From NCBI GenBank assembly GCA_029261835.1, contig JAJDAO010000072.1, forward strand, positions 74,841-138,840: a stretch of 64,000 nucleotides of DNA, written 5' to 3'. A model generated the notes under the pieces. It was not told the DNA's origin, did not search any database, and saw only the letters and a program-made list of their open reading frames with translations. The stretch is from Deltaproteobacteria bacterium. Lineage in GTDB: Bacteria; Myxococcota_A; UBA9160; UBA4427. The position numbers were made by a program, and so were the translations under genes. Shown here in pieces: positions 39,281-49,568 of this stretch. Position 1 is the first letter of the stretch. Each line of letters starts with the position of its first letter.

Positions 39281-42076
39281 GTTGACGCTCGCCCCGCGAT
39301 CGACGGGCGCGATGTCGACCCGCACCGCGCGGTCGATGGGAACCGGCTGCCAGTGCAGCGCGCGATAGCGGAGATGACCGTAGCCGCCCGCGAGGTGCAG
39401 CCACTTGACCATGCCCGGCTCGATATTCGAAAAATCCTGCCAGCCTTCGAATTGATACGGCTCGAAGCCGTTGTACATGATCATCTGCCCGGGCTGCACG
39501 GCCGGTGTCACCCGCGCCTGAACGACGAGGGAAGCGAGATCGTTGAAGACGCGCATGGGGGCCCCGTTCTCGATTCCCCGGGCGGCTGCATCATTGTCGT
39601 TGATGTGCGCGACGGGCTCACCGCGAATCGTACCCAGAATGATACGACTCGTGCTGTTCATGGAGTTGACGCTCCAACGGGGGTGCCCGCTGGTGATCTG
39701 GAAGGGATGATCGCCTCCCTGGGCCGGCGCCTCCTTGTGGACCGGCAACTCCTCACCCGCCTCCAGGAACCACTCGTGGTCGATGTAGAACTGGGCGCGG
39801 CGCGTGAGTGTCGGGAAGGGCTCCTTCTTCTCGGTCTGCCAGCGAAATGGTGAGTGTGTCTCGTTCGGTAGCAGATCCGAGGCCTGGGCCAACGCCATCG
39901 GTGAGCGGCCCCAACCGGTAAAGCGCACCCAACCCGTCTCGCGCAGCGTCTCGAGGCTGGTTCCCTCCGGCAGGTTTCCCAGCACGACCGAGTCGCGCAC
40001 CATCTCGTCGATCACCGCGTCGTCGTCCGCCAGTGCGCCATCGAAGGAGATCTCCTCGTACAGCCGATCGAGCCGGACCGATTCGCCGTTCGGCTTGACC
40101 ATCTCCGCCAGACCGCGCGCTTTGGCTCGCTCGGAGAGCTTCTTGGCGAGCAGCAGCGTGAACTGCCACTCGGTGCGCACGTCTTCGGGCGGGTCCACGG
40201 CGCGATCCGACAGCGTTAGGTTCATGACGTCGGGTGTCGTGTAGGGAAAGTTGGGCTTCTCGTAGTGCTGCGCCGCGGGCAGCACGATGTCCGAATACAG
40301 GCCGGTGGTGGACATGCGCCAGTCCATCGAGACGATCAGCTTCAGCTTGGGCCAGAGATGCTCGAGCAGCATGCGCTGTCCGCCCCGTTGGCGCCGGAGC
40401 AGGTTGCCACCGATCTCGAAGAGGACGCGGGGCGGCTTGTCGGGCGGCGGCTGGACGGTCCCCTGCCACCAGCCTTTCTCCTCGGCCTCCTGAATGTAAT
40501 CGTCGAAGGAGCGACGCATGGCCGGGTCGTTCCAGTCGGCTTTGTTCCACGCCTCGCGATAGCCGCAGTGGTGATACCAGAAGAAGGCGGAGGGCACTGC
40601 GCCCATCGGGAGCAGGCCCAGGTAGCTCAGCTCCGAAATCGCAATCTCCTCGGTAAGCGTGGGATCCTGTGCCAGGAAGCCGTCCATCATCGCCTGCTGT
40701 CCCTGGGCGATCTCCTCGGTGGCCTGCTGGCCCGGGCGCGGCTTGCCCGAGAGAATGAACGGACCGTCGAACATGCCCACGGCCCAGCTGCGGATTCCGG
40801 CTCCCTTCTTGCCCCAGTTGCCCGTGAGCGCGAGCAGCAGACACATGGCCCGCTCCATCAGATCGCCGTGATAGGCCTTGCCGGTCGTCCAGCCCAGAAG
40901 GATCCGCGTGCGACTGCGCGCTGTCTTGCGAGCCAGCTCGCGAATCGTGTCCGGATGAGCGCCGCACAGCGCCGAGGCCTGCTCCGGACCGTAGTCCTCG
41001 AGCAAGCGGCGCAGCAGCACGAACACCGGCTCTACGTCCACCGCCTCGCCGTCGCACAGCGTGGCGCTGTAGCTGCCCTCCAAGGCCGGCTCCAGCCCGG
41101 CGAGATCGAGCGTGCGCGGCGCCTCGGCAATCGCGCCGCTGCGCGTGTCGAAGAGGTGGAAGACGGTGTCGGAGCCGCCCTGCTGGAGATCACACTGACG
41201 CAGGAAGCGCCCGTTATCGCGGCGCACGAGCAGCGCGAGGTCCGTCTGCTCTCGCACGAAGTCCTCGTCCACCAGCCCCTCGTCGACGATCACGCGGCAC
41301 ATCGAGAGCGCAAGGGCGGCGTCCGAGCCGATTCGCACGGGCACGAAGTGATCACCGTGGATGGCCGAAGGGCTGTAGTCGGGCGCGATGGTCACGACCT
41401 GGCTGCCGTTGTAGCGAGCCTCGACGATGTAGTGGTACCAGGGAATCGCGCTGTAGGCGGGGTTGTTGGCCCAGATGAGCAACAGTTCGGAGTGGAACCA
41501 GTCGTCGCTGCTCGGCACCGGATCGAAGCGGCCGAAGGTCGCATAGAGACCGGGATTGAAGTCGTTGATCTCGGACTGCACATCGGTCGAGGTCGTGCCG
41601 AGGCGCTGAAAGACGTTGTTGGCCAGCACCATGCTCTGCGTGCCGCCCTCACCGGGCGTGCCGATCTTGACGATCGTCTCCGGACCCGACTCCTGGATGG
41701 CATCGAGCATGGCATCGGCGATCTCGCCGAGCGCCGCATCCCAGGAAATGGGCTCGAAGCGACCCTCTCCGCGCTCGCCGACGCGGCGCAGCGGATGGAG
41801 CACGCGCTCCTTGCCGTAGAGCATCGTGCTCCAGGAGGCGCCCTTCTGGCAGCCAGCCGGATTCATGTCCGGCACACCCTCCTCGACCGACTCGAAGTTG
41901 CCAGCCGCCTCTTCGCGCACGACGCGGCCGTCTCGCACATAGACGCGATGTGGACAGTTGCTCGGATAGCAGTCGACGCAGTGGCAGCCCCACGCCATGT
42001 CGTCCCACTTCCACTTGTCGCGATATGCATTCGCCCAGCGGCCGGCAATGCTTGGCCGCGCCACATGCTCTGCCAT
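39272..42076 (-). CDS. molybdopterin-dependent oxidoreductase catalytic subunit, NarG/EbdA-like, no signal peptide
   Basis: ORF trimmed to ATG 42076 (AAGGGGA SD). N-terminal Cys cluster WGCHCVDCYPSNC...GCQKG; TIAPDYSPSA; about 45 percent identical by eye to ORF 49569..52448. Confidence 0.85.
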   Translation of the reverse strand: MAEHVARPSIAGRWANAYRDKWKWDDMAWGCHCVDCYPSNCPHRVYVRDGRVVREEAAGNFESVEEGVPDMNPAGCQKGASWSTMLYGKERVLHPLRRVGERGEGRFEPISWDAALGEIADAMLDAIQESGPETIVKIGTPGEGGTQSMVLANNVFQRLGTTSTDVQSEINDFNPGLYATFGRFDPVPSSDDWFHSELLLIWANNPAYSAIPWYHYIVEARYNGSQVVTIAPDYSPSAIHGDHFVPVRIGSDAALALSMCRVIVDEGLVDEDFVREQTDLALLVRRDNGRFLRQCDLQQGGSDTVFHLFDTRSGAIAEAPRTLDLAGLEPALEGSYSATLCDGEAVDVEPVFVLLRRLLEDYGPEQASALCGAHPDTIRELARKTARSRTRILLGWTTGKAYHGDLMERAMCLLLALTGNWGKKGAGIRSWAVGMFDGPFILSGKPRPGQQATEEIAQGQQAMMDGFLAQDPTLTEEIAISELSYLGLLPMGAVPSAFFWYHHCGYREAWNKADWNDPAMRRSFDDYIQEAEEKGWWQGTVQPPPDKPPRVLFEIGGNLLRRQRGGQRMLLEHLWPKLKLIVSMDWRMSTTGLYSDIVLPAAQHYEKPNFPYTTPDVMNLTLSDRAVDPPEDVRTEWQFTLLLAKKLSERAKARGLAEMVKPNGESVRLDRLYEEISFDGALADDDAVIDEMVRDSVVLGNLPEGTSLETLRETGWVRFTGWGRSPMALAQASDLLPNETHSPFRWQTEKKEPFPTLTRRAQFYIDHEWFLEAGEELPVHKEAPAQGGDHPFQITSGHPRWSVNSMNSTSRIILGTIRGEPVAHINDNDAAARGIENGAPMRVFNDLASLVVQARVTPAVQPGQMIMYNGFEPYQFEGWQDFSNIEPGMVKWLHLAGGYGHLRYRALHWQPVPIDRAVRVDIAPVDRGASVNSR

Positions 42077-42261
42077 GCTCGATCCCCTTTCGAAACGCCA
42101 GCGTAGCAAGGCGCCCGCTCAGCACGCCGATGCAGCGCGGCTCGGCGCCCGCACGCTTTTCGCTTTACCCATCTTCGTAGAAGTGATAGGTAGTACATAT
42201 CACTTTTCCTTCCCGGATGCAGCGGGTACGAGGCAGTCCGGGCAACGGGCGGACGAGTCGG

Positions 42262-43926
42262 ATGAAGCGAGACTTCGACGTGATCGTGGTGGGGGCCGGG
42301 ATAAACGGCCTCGCCTGCGGGGCCTACTTGGCGCGGGCCGGGCTCGATGTCGCCGTGGCCGAGGCGAGAAACGAGTGCGGCCCGTTCGCGCTGACGGAGG
42401 ATCTCTTCGGCGCCGGCGTGCCCGTCGACACCCATGCGGGCGTCTGCTTCATCACGATGAGCCCGGTGCTGGGAGATCTGGAGCTCGATCGCTTCGGCCT
42501 GGACCTGATCTTTCCGCGCGTCCCGACCGGTACGGTCTCGAAGGACGGCAGCAACCTCATCTACTACCCCGACATCGAGAGAAGTTGTCAGGAGATCGCC
42601 CGCTTCTCGCCGCGCGACGCCCGCACCTATCGCGAGACGCGCCAGAGCATCTTGCAGCGCGCGGTCGAAATCCTGGAGCGCGGTGTCTTTCGGGCGCCTT
42701 CGGAGGAAGGACTCGAGTACCTGTGGAACCTGGGCAGCCTCGTCGGCTTCTCACCCGACGACTTTCGCACCATGAACGGCTTCGAGTATCTCGACCTGCT
42801 CTTCGAGCACGAGAAGGTCAAGTGCTCGCTGCTCGGGCAGGCGGCCATCGGCATCTTTGGCGACCCGTCCGAGAAGGGCGAAGGCGCCGTGATGGCGCTC
42901 ATGGGGCAAGCCTGCTCCTTTGCAGTGCCGCGCGGCGGCATGCACACGCTCGTTCACGCACTGGTGCGCTGCTTTCGGCACCACGGCGGAACGCTGCTCC
43001 TCAACGCCCCGGTCGAGCACGTGACGTTCGAGGCGGGACGCCCGACCGGCGTCGAGCTGGCCGAACGCACCGTGCTGCCCGAGCGTGCCTTGCGTGCTCG
43101 CCACGCGGTCGTCATGCACGTGAGCCCACCGGTCGCACTCCAGCTGCTCGGTGACGACCCGTTGCAGGAACACGACCGCGCCCTTTGGCGCAAGATGAAC
43201 GACTGGGACATGACCGGGCACTGCGCCTTCACGTCGTACGCCCTGCTGCGCGGCCCGGCTCGTTGGGCCTCACGCCACTGGAATCCCGACATCCAGGAGT
43301 GCGCCTTTCCGCTGCGGGCCTGGGATTCCTGGGAGCACGCCAAGCGCTCTTTTCAATACGCCAAGAACGACGAAGTCTTCGGTGTGGCGGGAGACGTCGG
43401 CGAGATCTACCAGCTCGGTGCTGTCGATCCTTCGCGCGTGCCGGCCAGCGGAGAGACCGTGCTCGTCTACGAGGTCGAGTACCCCGTGAACATGCGACGC
43501 CACGGAGGCCTGCCCGCTTGGGATCGCCGCGAGATCACCGACCGGCTGCATGATGAGCACCTGCAGGATCTTCGCGACATGATCGATGACTTCGACGTCG
43601 ACCTGATCGACTCCATGTACTTCACGCCCATCGACAACTGGCGGCGCAATCCCTCGGCCGTGCTGGGCCACGAGCTCGGCGGGGACGTGAGTGGGGCGCA
43701 GTGGTATGAGGGCCGCATGCCCAACCGCTCGGCGATCCCCGGGCTCTACTTCTCGCAGGGTGTCTGGCCCTGCTCGCTGACACACCTCGGCAGCGCCTAC
43801 ACGACGGCGTGCGCAATTGCTGCAGATCTCGAGGTGCGCGACCAGCCGTGGTGGAAGAGCGCACCGATGCAACGCTATCTCGAGCTGATGCTCGAACGGG
43901 AGCAGACTGCAGGGGGCAGCGCGTGA
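42262..43926 (+). CDS. NAD(P)/FAD-dependent oxidoreductase, COG1233 family, paralogue 5
   Basis: ORF trimmed to ATG 42262. DVIVVGAGINGLACGAYLARAGLDVAVAEAR. Confidence 0.85.
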   Translation: MKRDFDVIVVGAGINGLACGAYLARAGLDVAVAEARNECGPFALTEDLFGAGVPVDTHAGVCFITMSPVLGDLELDRFGLDLIFPRVPTGTVSKDGSNLIYYPDIERSCQEIARFSPRDARTYRETRQSILQRAVEILERGVFRAPSEEGLEYLWNLGSLVGFSPDDFRTMNGFEYLDLLFEHEKVKCSLLGQAAIGIFGDPSEKGEGAVMALMGQACSFAVPRGGMHTLVHALVRCFRHHGGTLLLNAPVEHVTFEAGRPTGVELAERTVLPERALRARHAVVMHVSPPVALQLLGDDPLQEHDRALWRKMNDWDMTGHCAFTSYALLRGPARWASRHWNPDIQECAFPLRAWDSWEHAKRSFQYAKNDEVFGVAGDVGEIYQLGAVDPSRVPASGETVLVYEVEYPVNMRRHGGLPAWDRREITDRLHDEHLQDLRDMIDDFDVDLIDSMYFTPIDNWRRNPSAVLGHELGGDVSGAQWYEGRMPNRSAIPGLYFSQGVWPCSLTHLGSAYTTACAIAADLEVRDQPWWKSAPMQRYLELMLEREQTAGGSA

Positions 43927-45557
43927 ACACGAGCTATGACGCGATCGTGCTCGGTGCCGGCCCCAACGGGCTCGCGGCCGCCGCATACTTGTCCGCGGCG
44001 GGGCAGCGCGTCGCTGTGATCGAGCAAGACGTCGAGACGGGTGGTGGGCTCGCCACGCAGGAGCTCAGCGGCTACCGCCTCAATCACCATGCCACCTATA
44101 TGCTGATGGCGGAGCTGCTACCGCCCTATCGCGATTTCGGGCTGCGCGAGCGCGGCGTCGACTTCATCCGGCCAAAGGTGCAGACGGCGTTTCTCTTCGA
44201 GCGACAGCAGTCTCTGCTTCTCTACTCGGATCCGGCGGGCAGCGAAGCCTCCGTCGAGGCGCTGTCGCCCGGTGACGGTGCCCGCTTTCGACGAATGTAC
44301 GATGAGTTCGAGCAGATGTGCGAGGCCTTTCTGCTGCCGGCCAGCTACGTCCCACCGCTGCCGCCGCTGGATCAGACGATCGCACTCGACCAGGCCGGTG
44401 AGCTCGGCCGGCGCATTTCGGAGATCTCGGAGATGTCGCCCCGCGAGGTAATCGCAAGCTACGAGTTCCGCGATCCACGTATCGAAGCCGCCTTTCTCTA
44501 CCTCGCGACGATGTTCGGGCTGGAGGCCTCCGAGGGCGGCATCGGCTTCCTCGTCCCGATCTACGTCTCGCGCATGATGAAGGCCGCCCTGGTGCGCGGC
44601 GGCTCTCACCAGCTCGCCTCTGCGTTGCGCCGCACGATCGAAGAACACGCTGGCGAGATTCTGACGTCGACAGCATTGCAGGAGATCCTCGTGCGCGAGG
44701 AGCGTGCCATCGGTGTTCGCGTCCTGTCTCGCGATGGAGCGGCGGAGCTGCATGCGAACACGGTGGTGAGCACGCTGAACCCCCAGCAGACCTTTCTCGA
44801 TCTGATGCCCCGCGATCGTGTCACGGCGCTACTGAGTGACACAGCGGCCGCGTGGGAGTGGGAGCCCACGAGCCTCTTTCTATTCAATCAGGGGATCGTC
44901 GGCGATCCGCCGATCTACGAGTGCTATCCCGACGATGCCAGCCGTGCTCTAATGGCCGTGATGGGCTATGAGACGCCAAACGACGTGATCGAGCACCAAG
45001 AGGCAGTCGCAGCCGGGGACCGCTCGCACCTGGCGGGGCACGGCTCGGTGCCGAGCCTCTTCGATCCCCTGATGGTGCCCGACCACGTGCCATTCGGGCC
45101 GCATCACGTGCTGCGCTGGGAGTGCTGCGCCCCCTACGAAGCGGACTGGAGCATCGAGGCCAGCCGGGAGTTCGCCGAGCAGCGCTACGATTTCTGGTGC
45201 CGCTACGCGCCCAACCTGAAGCAAGCGCAGTCGCGCGTGCGTATCACCTGGACGCCCCGCGACATCGAGACACACTTGCCCACGATGAGGCGCGGCTCGA
45301 TCAAGCACGGCGCCTACACCAGCCTGCAGATGGGCTACAACCGGCCGCTACCCGAGTGTTCGGGCTACAGGACGCCAATCGCCGGGCTGTACCTCGCCGG
45401 CTCGAGTGTCCATCCCGGCGGCATGGTCACGATGGGGGCCGGCTACAATGCGGCGCGCGTCGTGGCACGAGACATCGGCGCCGAGCTACTTCCCGAGCCC
45501 GAGATGGTGCGGCAAGCCCGCGAGCGAGGTTACCTGGAGAGCGAGGAGCAGGCGTAG
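43923..45557 (+). CDS. NAD(P)/FAD-dependent oxidoreductase, COG1233 family, paralogue 6
   Basis: GTG 43923 overlaps the upstream stop (GTGA). DAIVLGAGPNGLAAAAYLSAAGQRVAVIEQD; C-terminal YRTPIAGLYLAGSSVHPGG. Confidence 0.85.
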   Translation: MNTSYDAIVLGAGPNGLAAAAYLSAAGQRVAVIEQDVETGGGLATQELSGYRLNHHATYMLMAELLPPYRDFGLRERGVDFIRPKVQTAFLFERQQSLLLYSDPAGSEASVEALSPGDGARFRRMYDEFEQMCEAFLLPASYVPPLPPLDQTIALDQAGELGRRISEISEMSPREVIASYEFRDPRIEAAFLYLATMFGLEASEGGIGFLVPIYVSRMMKAALVRGGSHQLASALRRTIEEHAGEILTSTALQEILVREERAIGVRVLSRDGAAELHANTVVSTLNPQQTFLDLMPRDRVTALLSDTAAAWEWEPTSLFLFNQGIVGDPPIYECYPDDASRALMAVMGYETPNDVIEHQEAVAAGDRSHLAGHGSVPSLFDPLMVPDHVPFGPHHVLRWECCAPYEADWSIEASREFAEQRYDFWCRYAPNLKQAQSRVRITWTPRDIETHLPTMRRGSIKHGAYTSLQMGYNRPLPECSGYRTPIAGLYLAGSSVHPGGMVTMGAGYNAARVVARDIGAELLPEPEMVRQARERGYLESEEQA

Positions 45558-45563
45558 CGCCCC

Positions 45564-48473
45564 CTACTCGCTCTTTTCCCGCTCGAGGAAACGTACGAAC
45601 TCGGAGGCCGGAACCGCGGGGCTGAAGAGGTAACCCTGGACCTCGTCACAGCCCTGCTCGCGCAGGATTTCAAGCTGGGCCCGAGTCTCGACGCCCTCTG
45701 CAACGACCGCCAGGCGCAGGCCATGAGCCATGGCGATGATCGCAGCGGTGAGCGAGCGGTCGTCCGCACTCTCGGTGATATCGCCGACGAACGAGCGGTC
45801 GATCTTCACGTGATCGAGCGGGAATCGCCGCAGGTGGCTCAGCGACGAGAAGCCGGTCCCAAAATCATCCAACGCCAGCCCGATGCCGAGCTCACTCAGC
45901 CGATTGATTGTGGATGTGCTTGAGTCGCCGTCGTCCATGATCGCGCTCTCCGTGATTTCGAGCTCGAGCTGGCCCGGAGAGAAGCCCGTATCACTGAGAA
46001 TCTGCTCCACCGTCTCGATCAGCGTTGCATAACGGATCTGGTGGGCGGATAGGTTCACAGCCATCCGAAACGCGCGGTATCCCTGGCGGCGCCACGCTTC
46101 ACCCTGCGCACAGGCAGTGCGCAGCACCCACACGCCAATCGGTGCGATCAGACCCGACTCCTCGGCGATGGGAATGAACTCCTCTGGAGAGACTTGGCCC
46201 AGCTGTGGGTCCCGCCAGCGAAGGAGAGCCTCCGCGCCGATCAGCCGTGTGTCGTGGCAGTCGCGGACGGGCTGGTAGTAGACGGAGAACGCGTCACTTT
46301 CCAGGGCTCGCCGCAGACGATTCTCGATTCGGAGCTTACGCAAACCAGCAGCATTCATGGACTTCGTGTAGAACTGATAGTTGTTCCGGCCGCGCTTCTT
46401 GGCATCGTACATGGCTGCGTCTGCGTTCTGGAGCAGCGTCTCGGCGCAATCGCCGTCTTCGGGGTAGATGACGATGCCGATGCTCGCGCTGATGAACACC
46501 TCGTGCTGATCGATACCGACAGGCTCCTTGAGTGCCCCGAGGATGCGCCGTGCGACGCGGGAGGCATCCAGGGGATGAGATATATCCGACAAGACCACCG
46601 TAAACTCGTCACCGCCCAATCGCGAAAGCTCAGTCGGCAACTCGGCATCTTCTGAGTGCGACCGCTGCCCGTCGCTCCCTCGCCCGATGAAGTCGGTGAA
46701 TCGAATGCTCTGCTCGAAGCGGGCAGCGACCTCGCAGAGCACCCGGTCACCCGTACTGTGTCCCAGACTGTCGTTGATTCTCTTGAAGCCATCGAGATCG
46801 ATGAAGAGAAGTGCCAGCAGTCGGCCTCCGTGTTGTGCCGACTGCAGCATGCGTTGAAGTTGAGTCTGGAATCGCTGTCTGTTCGGAAGCCCAGTCAGGG
46901 CATCGTAGAATGCCAGACTGCGAATCCTCTCCTCTGCGCGCTTTCGTTCTGTCAGATCCTGGCAGTGGCTGATCAGCCTGATCACTGTGCCGTCGTCGCC
47001 CAGCACCGGAATGAAGCTGGCCGCGAACTCTCGCGCAGCCTCGTCCCCGATCGAACTGACCTCGAACTCACAGGCCTCACCCGCCAGTGCCCGCCCGAGC
47101 AGCGCCCCAATACGTTGCCGGTCGCTGACTGCAACGAGACTCAGATACGAGTGGCCGACGAGATCTTCGAGACCCAGCATCTGCGCTATGCGCAGACCTG
47201 CCGGGTTCATCGTGACAAACCGTCCAGCGAGATCGAGCTCGGCGATGCAGATGGGCACGCTCTCGAAGAGCATGCGGTGTCGGATCTCACTCTGGACCAG
47301 CGCCGCACTGGCCCGCTCGCGCTCCGTCACGTCGCGCAGCACGAGAACTCGGCTCGCCGCCTCCTCTTCGTAATCGGCCAGGGGCGACAACTCCAACTCA
47401 TACGTCGCTTCGGTTTTCTCTCCTTGTAGCGTGATCTCACTGCGGCCCGACACCTGACGAGACAGTAGGTAGACGAGCTGCGGATGATGCGCGAGCGCCT
47501 CGATAAAGGGCTCCTCCGGCTTGAATGCGGTCAGTTCCAGTATGCGCAACGCTGCCGCGTTGACATCGATCAGGCGACCACGCGCGTCGATGACGGCGAT
47601 GCCATCGCTCATTCCATCGACGACCCCACTGCGTGCAACACGAACTACATCGAGCAAACCGTGCTTCAGACCGGCACCCCAGGTGATTCCCGTCACCGCA
47701 AGGGCGAAGGGCGTCAGGTCGAGATTGGGAACCAGCTCAATGCCCAGGACGTAGAGCATGTTGGCGACCCACGGCGCTGCAAAGCCGGTGAGCACCAGAA
47801 TCGCCTCACTGCGGTACGAATGCCAGGCGCGCGCGTACTTCACGAGGAGCAGGATCGTGGCCAGGGCAATGCACAGATTCGAGTAGACTACGAAGCCAAA
47901 GTAGGCAGGTCCGTGGATGATGGACAGAGCCCTGAACGGACCGTTCGCGTTCAGCGCGACCTGGGCCCAAATGAGACCGTGCAGCTCGTTGGTCGCCGCC
48001 AGCAGAAACGTCGCGAGCGGGAGGAGTGCCCCTGCGGCCAGCCTGCCCGGAGTGAGCCAGTGCGAGCGGCCCGTTGCAAAGAGCGCAACCACGAGAGCCA
48101 TGGGTGCGGTCAGAACGATGCCGAGATACTGAATCTTCGCGAAGACGATCATGGGGCCGGGATCGGCCGCGAGAATCTCGAGTCCGTACGCTACGACCCA
48201 GATGCTGATCGCCGACAACAGGATCGCGAAGGGCGCTCCGATCGACGTCGCTCGGTGTCGCCAGGAATAGACTGCCATCGCGGCGAGAACGACACCGGTT
48301 ACGAGAGGCGGAACGCCGTAACCGCTCCAGTGAAACTGAATGAAGGTATCCAGGGCCGTTCCTCTCGTGCATCCAGGCGTCTTAGCCTGGCGGCGAGCCA
48401 AACCACGTATTGCAATCGGCCAATCGCGCGTGTCAGTTGATCCGCGCGGGCACTGCAGAGCCACTACCGCCAT
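45564..48473 (-). CDS. 7TM-PAS-GGDEF-EAL signalling protein (c-di-GMP cyclase/phosphodiesterase)
   Basis: RLGGDEFTVVL (GGDEF); EITESAIMDD, LALDDFGTGFSS, KIDRSFV (EAL); N-terminal multi-helix membrane domain. Start uncertain (48473, 48512 or 48578). Confidence 0.85.
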   Translation of the reverse strand: MAVVALQCPRGSTDTRDWPIAIRGLARRQAKTPGCTRGTALDTFIQFHWSGYGVPPLVTGVVLAAMAVYSWRHRATSIGAPFAILLSAISIWVVAYGLEILAADPGPMIVFAKIQYLGIVLTAPMALVVALFATGRSHWLTPGRLAAGALLPLATFLLAATNELHGLIWAQVALNANGPFRALSIIHGPAYFGFVVYSNLCIALATILLLVKYARAWHSYRSEAILVLTGFAAPWVANMLYVLGIELVPNLDLTPFALAVTGITWGAGLKHGLLDVVRVARSGVVDGMSDGIAVIDARGRLIDVNAAALRILELTAFKPEEPFIEALAHHPQLVYLLSRQVSGRSEITLQGEKTEATYELELSPLADYEEEAASRVLVLRDVTERERASAALVQSEIRHRMLFESVPICIAELDLAGRFVTMNPAGLRIAQMLGLEDLVGHSYLSLVAVSDRQRIGALLGRALAGEACEFEVSSIGDEAAREFAASFIPVLGDDGTVIRLISHCQDLTERKRAEERIRSLAFYDALTGLPNRQRFQTQLQRMLQSAQHGGRLLALLFIDLDGFKRINDSLGHSTGDRVLCEVAARFEQSIRFTDFIGRGSDGQRSHSEDAELPTELSRLGGDEFTVVLSDISHPLDASRVARRILGALKEPVGIDQHEVFISASIGIVIYPEDGDCAETLLQNADAAMYDAKKRGRNNYQFYTKSMNAAGLRKLRIENRLRRALESDAFSVYYQPVRDCHDTRLIGAEALLRWRDPQLGQVSPEEFIPIAEESGLIAPIGVWVLRTACAQGEAWRRQGYRAFRMAVNLSAHQIRYATLIETVEQILSDTGFSPGQLELEITESAIMDDGDSSTSTINRLSELGIGLALDDFGTGFSSLSHLRRFPLDHVKIDRSFVGDITESADDRSLTAAIIAMAHGLRLAVVAEGVETRAQLEILREQGCDEVQGYLFSPAVPASEFVRFLEREKSE

Positions 48474-48742
48474 GCGAGGGACGGCGCGATGCAATGTCCT
48501 ACGCTGCGGCATCCACCGCGCGCGCACACGTATCCGGGCGCTCAGAAGCCCGAGAGCCGAGCACGTCCGTTTCGACACAGTTGAATGCCGGAGGGCGATC
48601 GATATGGATATGCTGAGCTGGGCTGCAACTTCTTCCGGGAGCGCTCACCCACGGAAGTATTGAGAGTTTGGCGGCGAGACGACGGCTCGAATCCGGAGCG
48701 CCGCTCGGCGCGGCCGTGTCCGGGGACGACACGCGTGCTGCC

Positions 48743-49534
48743 TCACTCCTCGAGCAGGTCTGCCAAGAGGCGATCTCGCACAGCCAGCACCAGGGCCTCT
48801 GTGCGTTCGAGCGCCGCGCGCGTGTAGCGCTCCTCTGTAGCGGGATCGAACCGCCCGACCACGCGAGAGTTGAATAGCTGCAGCTCCGCCCGCACGAGCA
48901 CGTCCAGCCGCTTCACATAGATCGCGAGGTCGCTGACCTCGAGCCCCACCTCTTCGGTCAGTCCACTCTCGCGCGCCCCGCCAACCGCGCGGGTGATCTT
49001 CAGGCTGAGCGGGTCGTAGCGTTCCCGCCCGGCGCTCTCGAGCCGTCGCACCAGTCGCAGCTCTTCCAGCGCGCTGAGTACGTCGCTGTCGATGCCGGGC
49101 ACCGCGAGCAGCTCGCAGCGCTTGACCGGCGTGCGGCGGTCCCCGGCCAACGCTTCGACCAGATCTGCGCGCAATACCCGCGTACGCTGTAGCTCGCGCG
49201 CAACGCGGTCTGCGCCTTGCTGCTGGATCATCCGGGCGATCACACGCAGCGGCAGATGGCGCTGCGAGCAAAGCTCACGCACCAGCGCGATCCGCTCGAT
49301 GCAGACGGGATCGTAGTAGGCCATGTTGGGCCCGGTGAACAGGGCGGGCGGCAGCAGACCGAGATCGTTGTAATGCTTGACCGTCGCGCGGGTCACATCG
49401 GCCGCGCGCGCCAGCCGAGCGCGGCTGAGCCAACCCGCTGGAACCTGCGAGCGCTCGACATATGTGCGCCGGGCCCTGCCCGGCGTGCCTGCCGTCTTTT
49501 TGCCTGCGATGCCGCAGACGTAGCACAGCGGCAT
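48743..49534 (-). CDS. MerR-family transcriptional regulator
   Basis: HTH region LSRARLARAADVTRATVKHYNDLGLLPP. Lies 34 nt downstream of the Tat molybdoenzyme gene on the same strand. Confidence 0.75.
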   Translation of the reverse strand: MPLCYVCGIAGKKTAGTPGRARRTYVERSQVPAGWLSRARLARAADVTRATVKHYNDLGLLPPALFTGPNMAYYDPVCIERIALVRELCSQRHLPLRVIARMIQQQGADRVARELQRTRVLRADLVEALAGDRRTPVKRCELLAVPGIDSDVLSALEELRLVRRLESAGRERYDPLSLKITRAVGGARESGLTEEVGLEVSDLAIYVKRLDVLVRAELQLFNSRVVGRFDPATEERYTRAALERTEALVLAVRDRLLADLLEE

Positions 49535-49568
49535 GTTGGAGCCAGCCCACCCCTCGGGTGGAATCCAG

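Noticed and set aside
49547-49561. CCACCC-CTC-GGGTGG hairpin between the Tat molybdoenzyme gene and the MerR gene
   Set aside because: It has a 6-bp stem with only a 3-nt loop and no U-tract. That is too weak to call a terminator or attenuator, so I left it unannotated.
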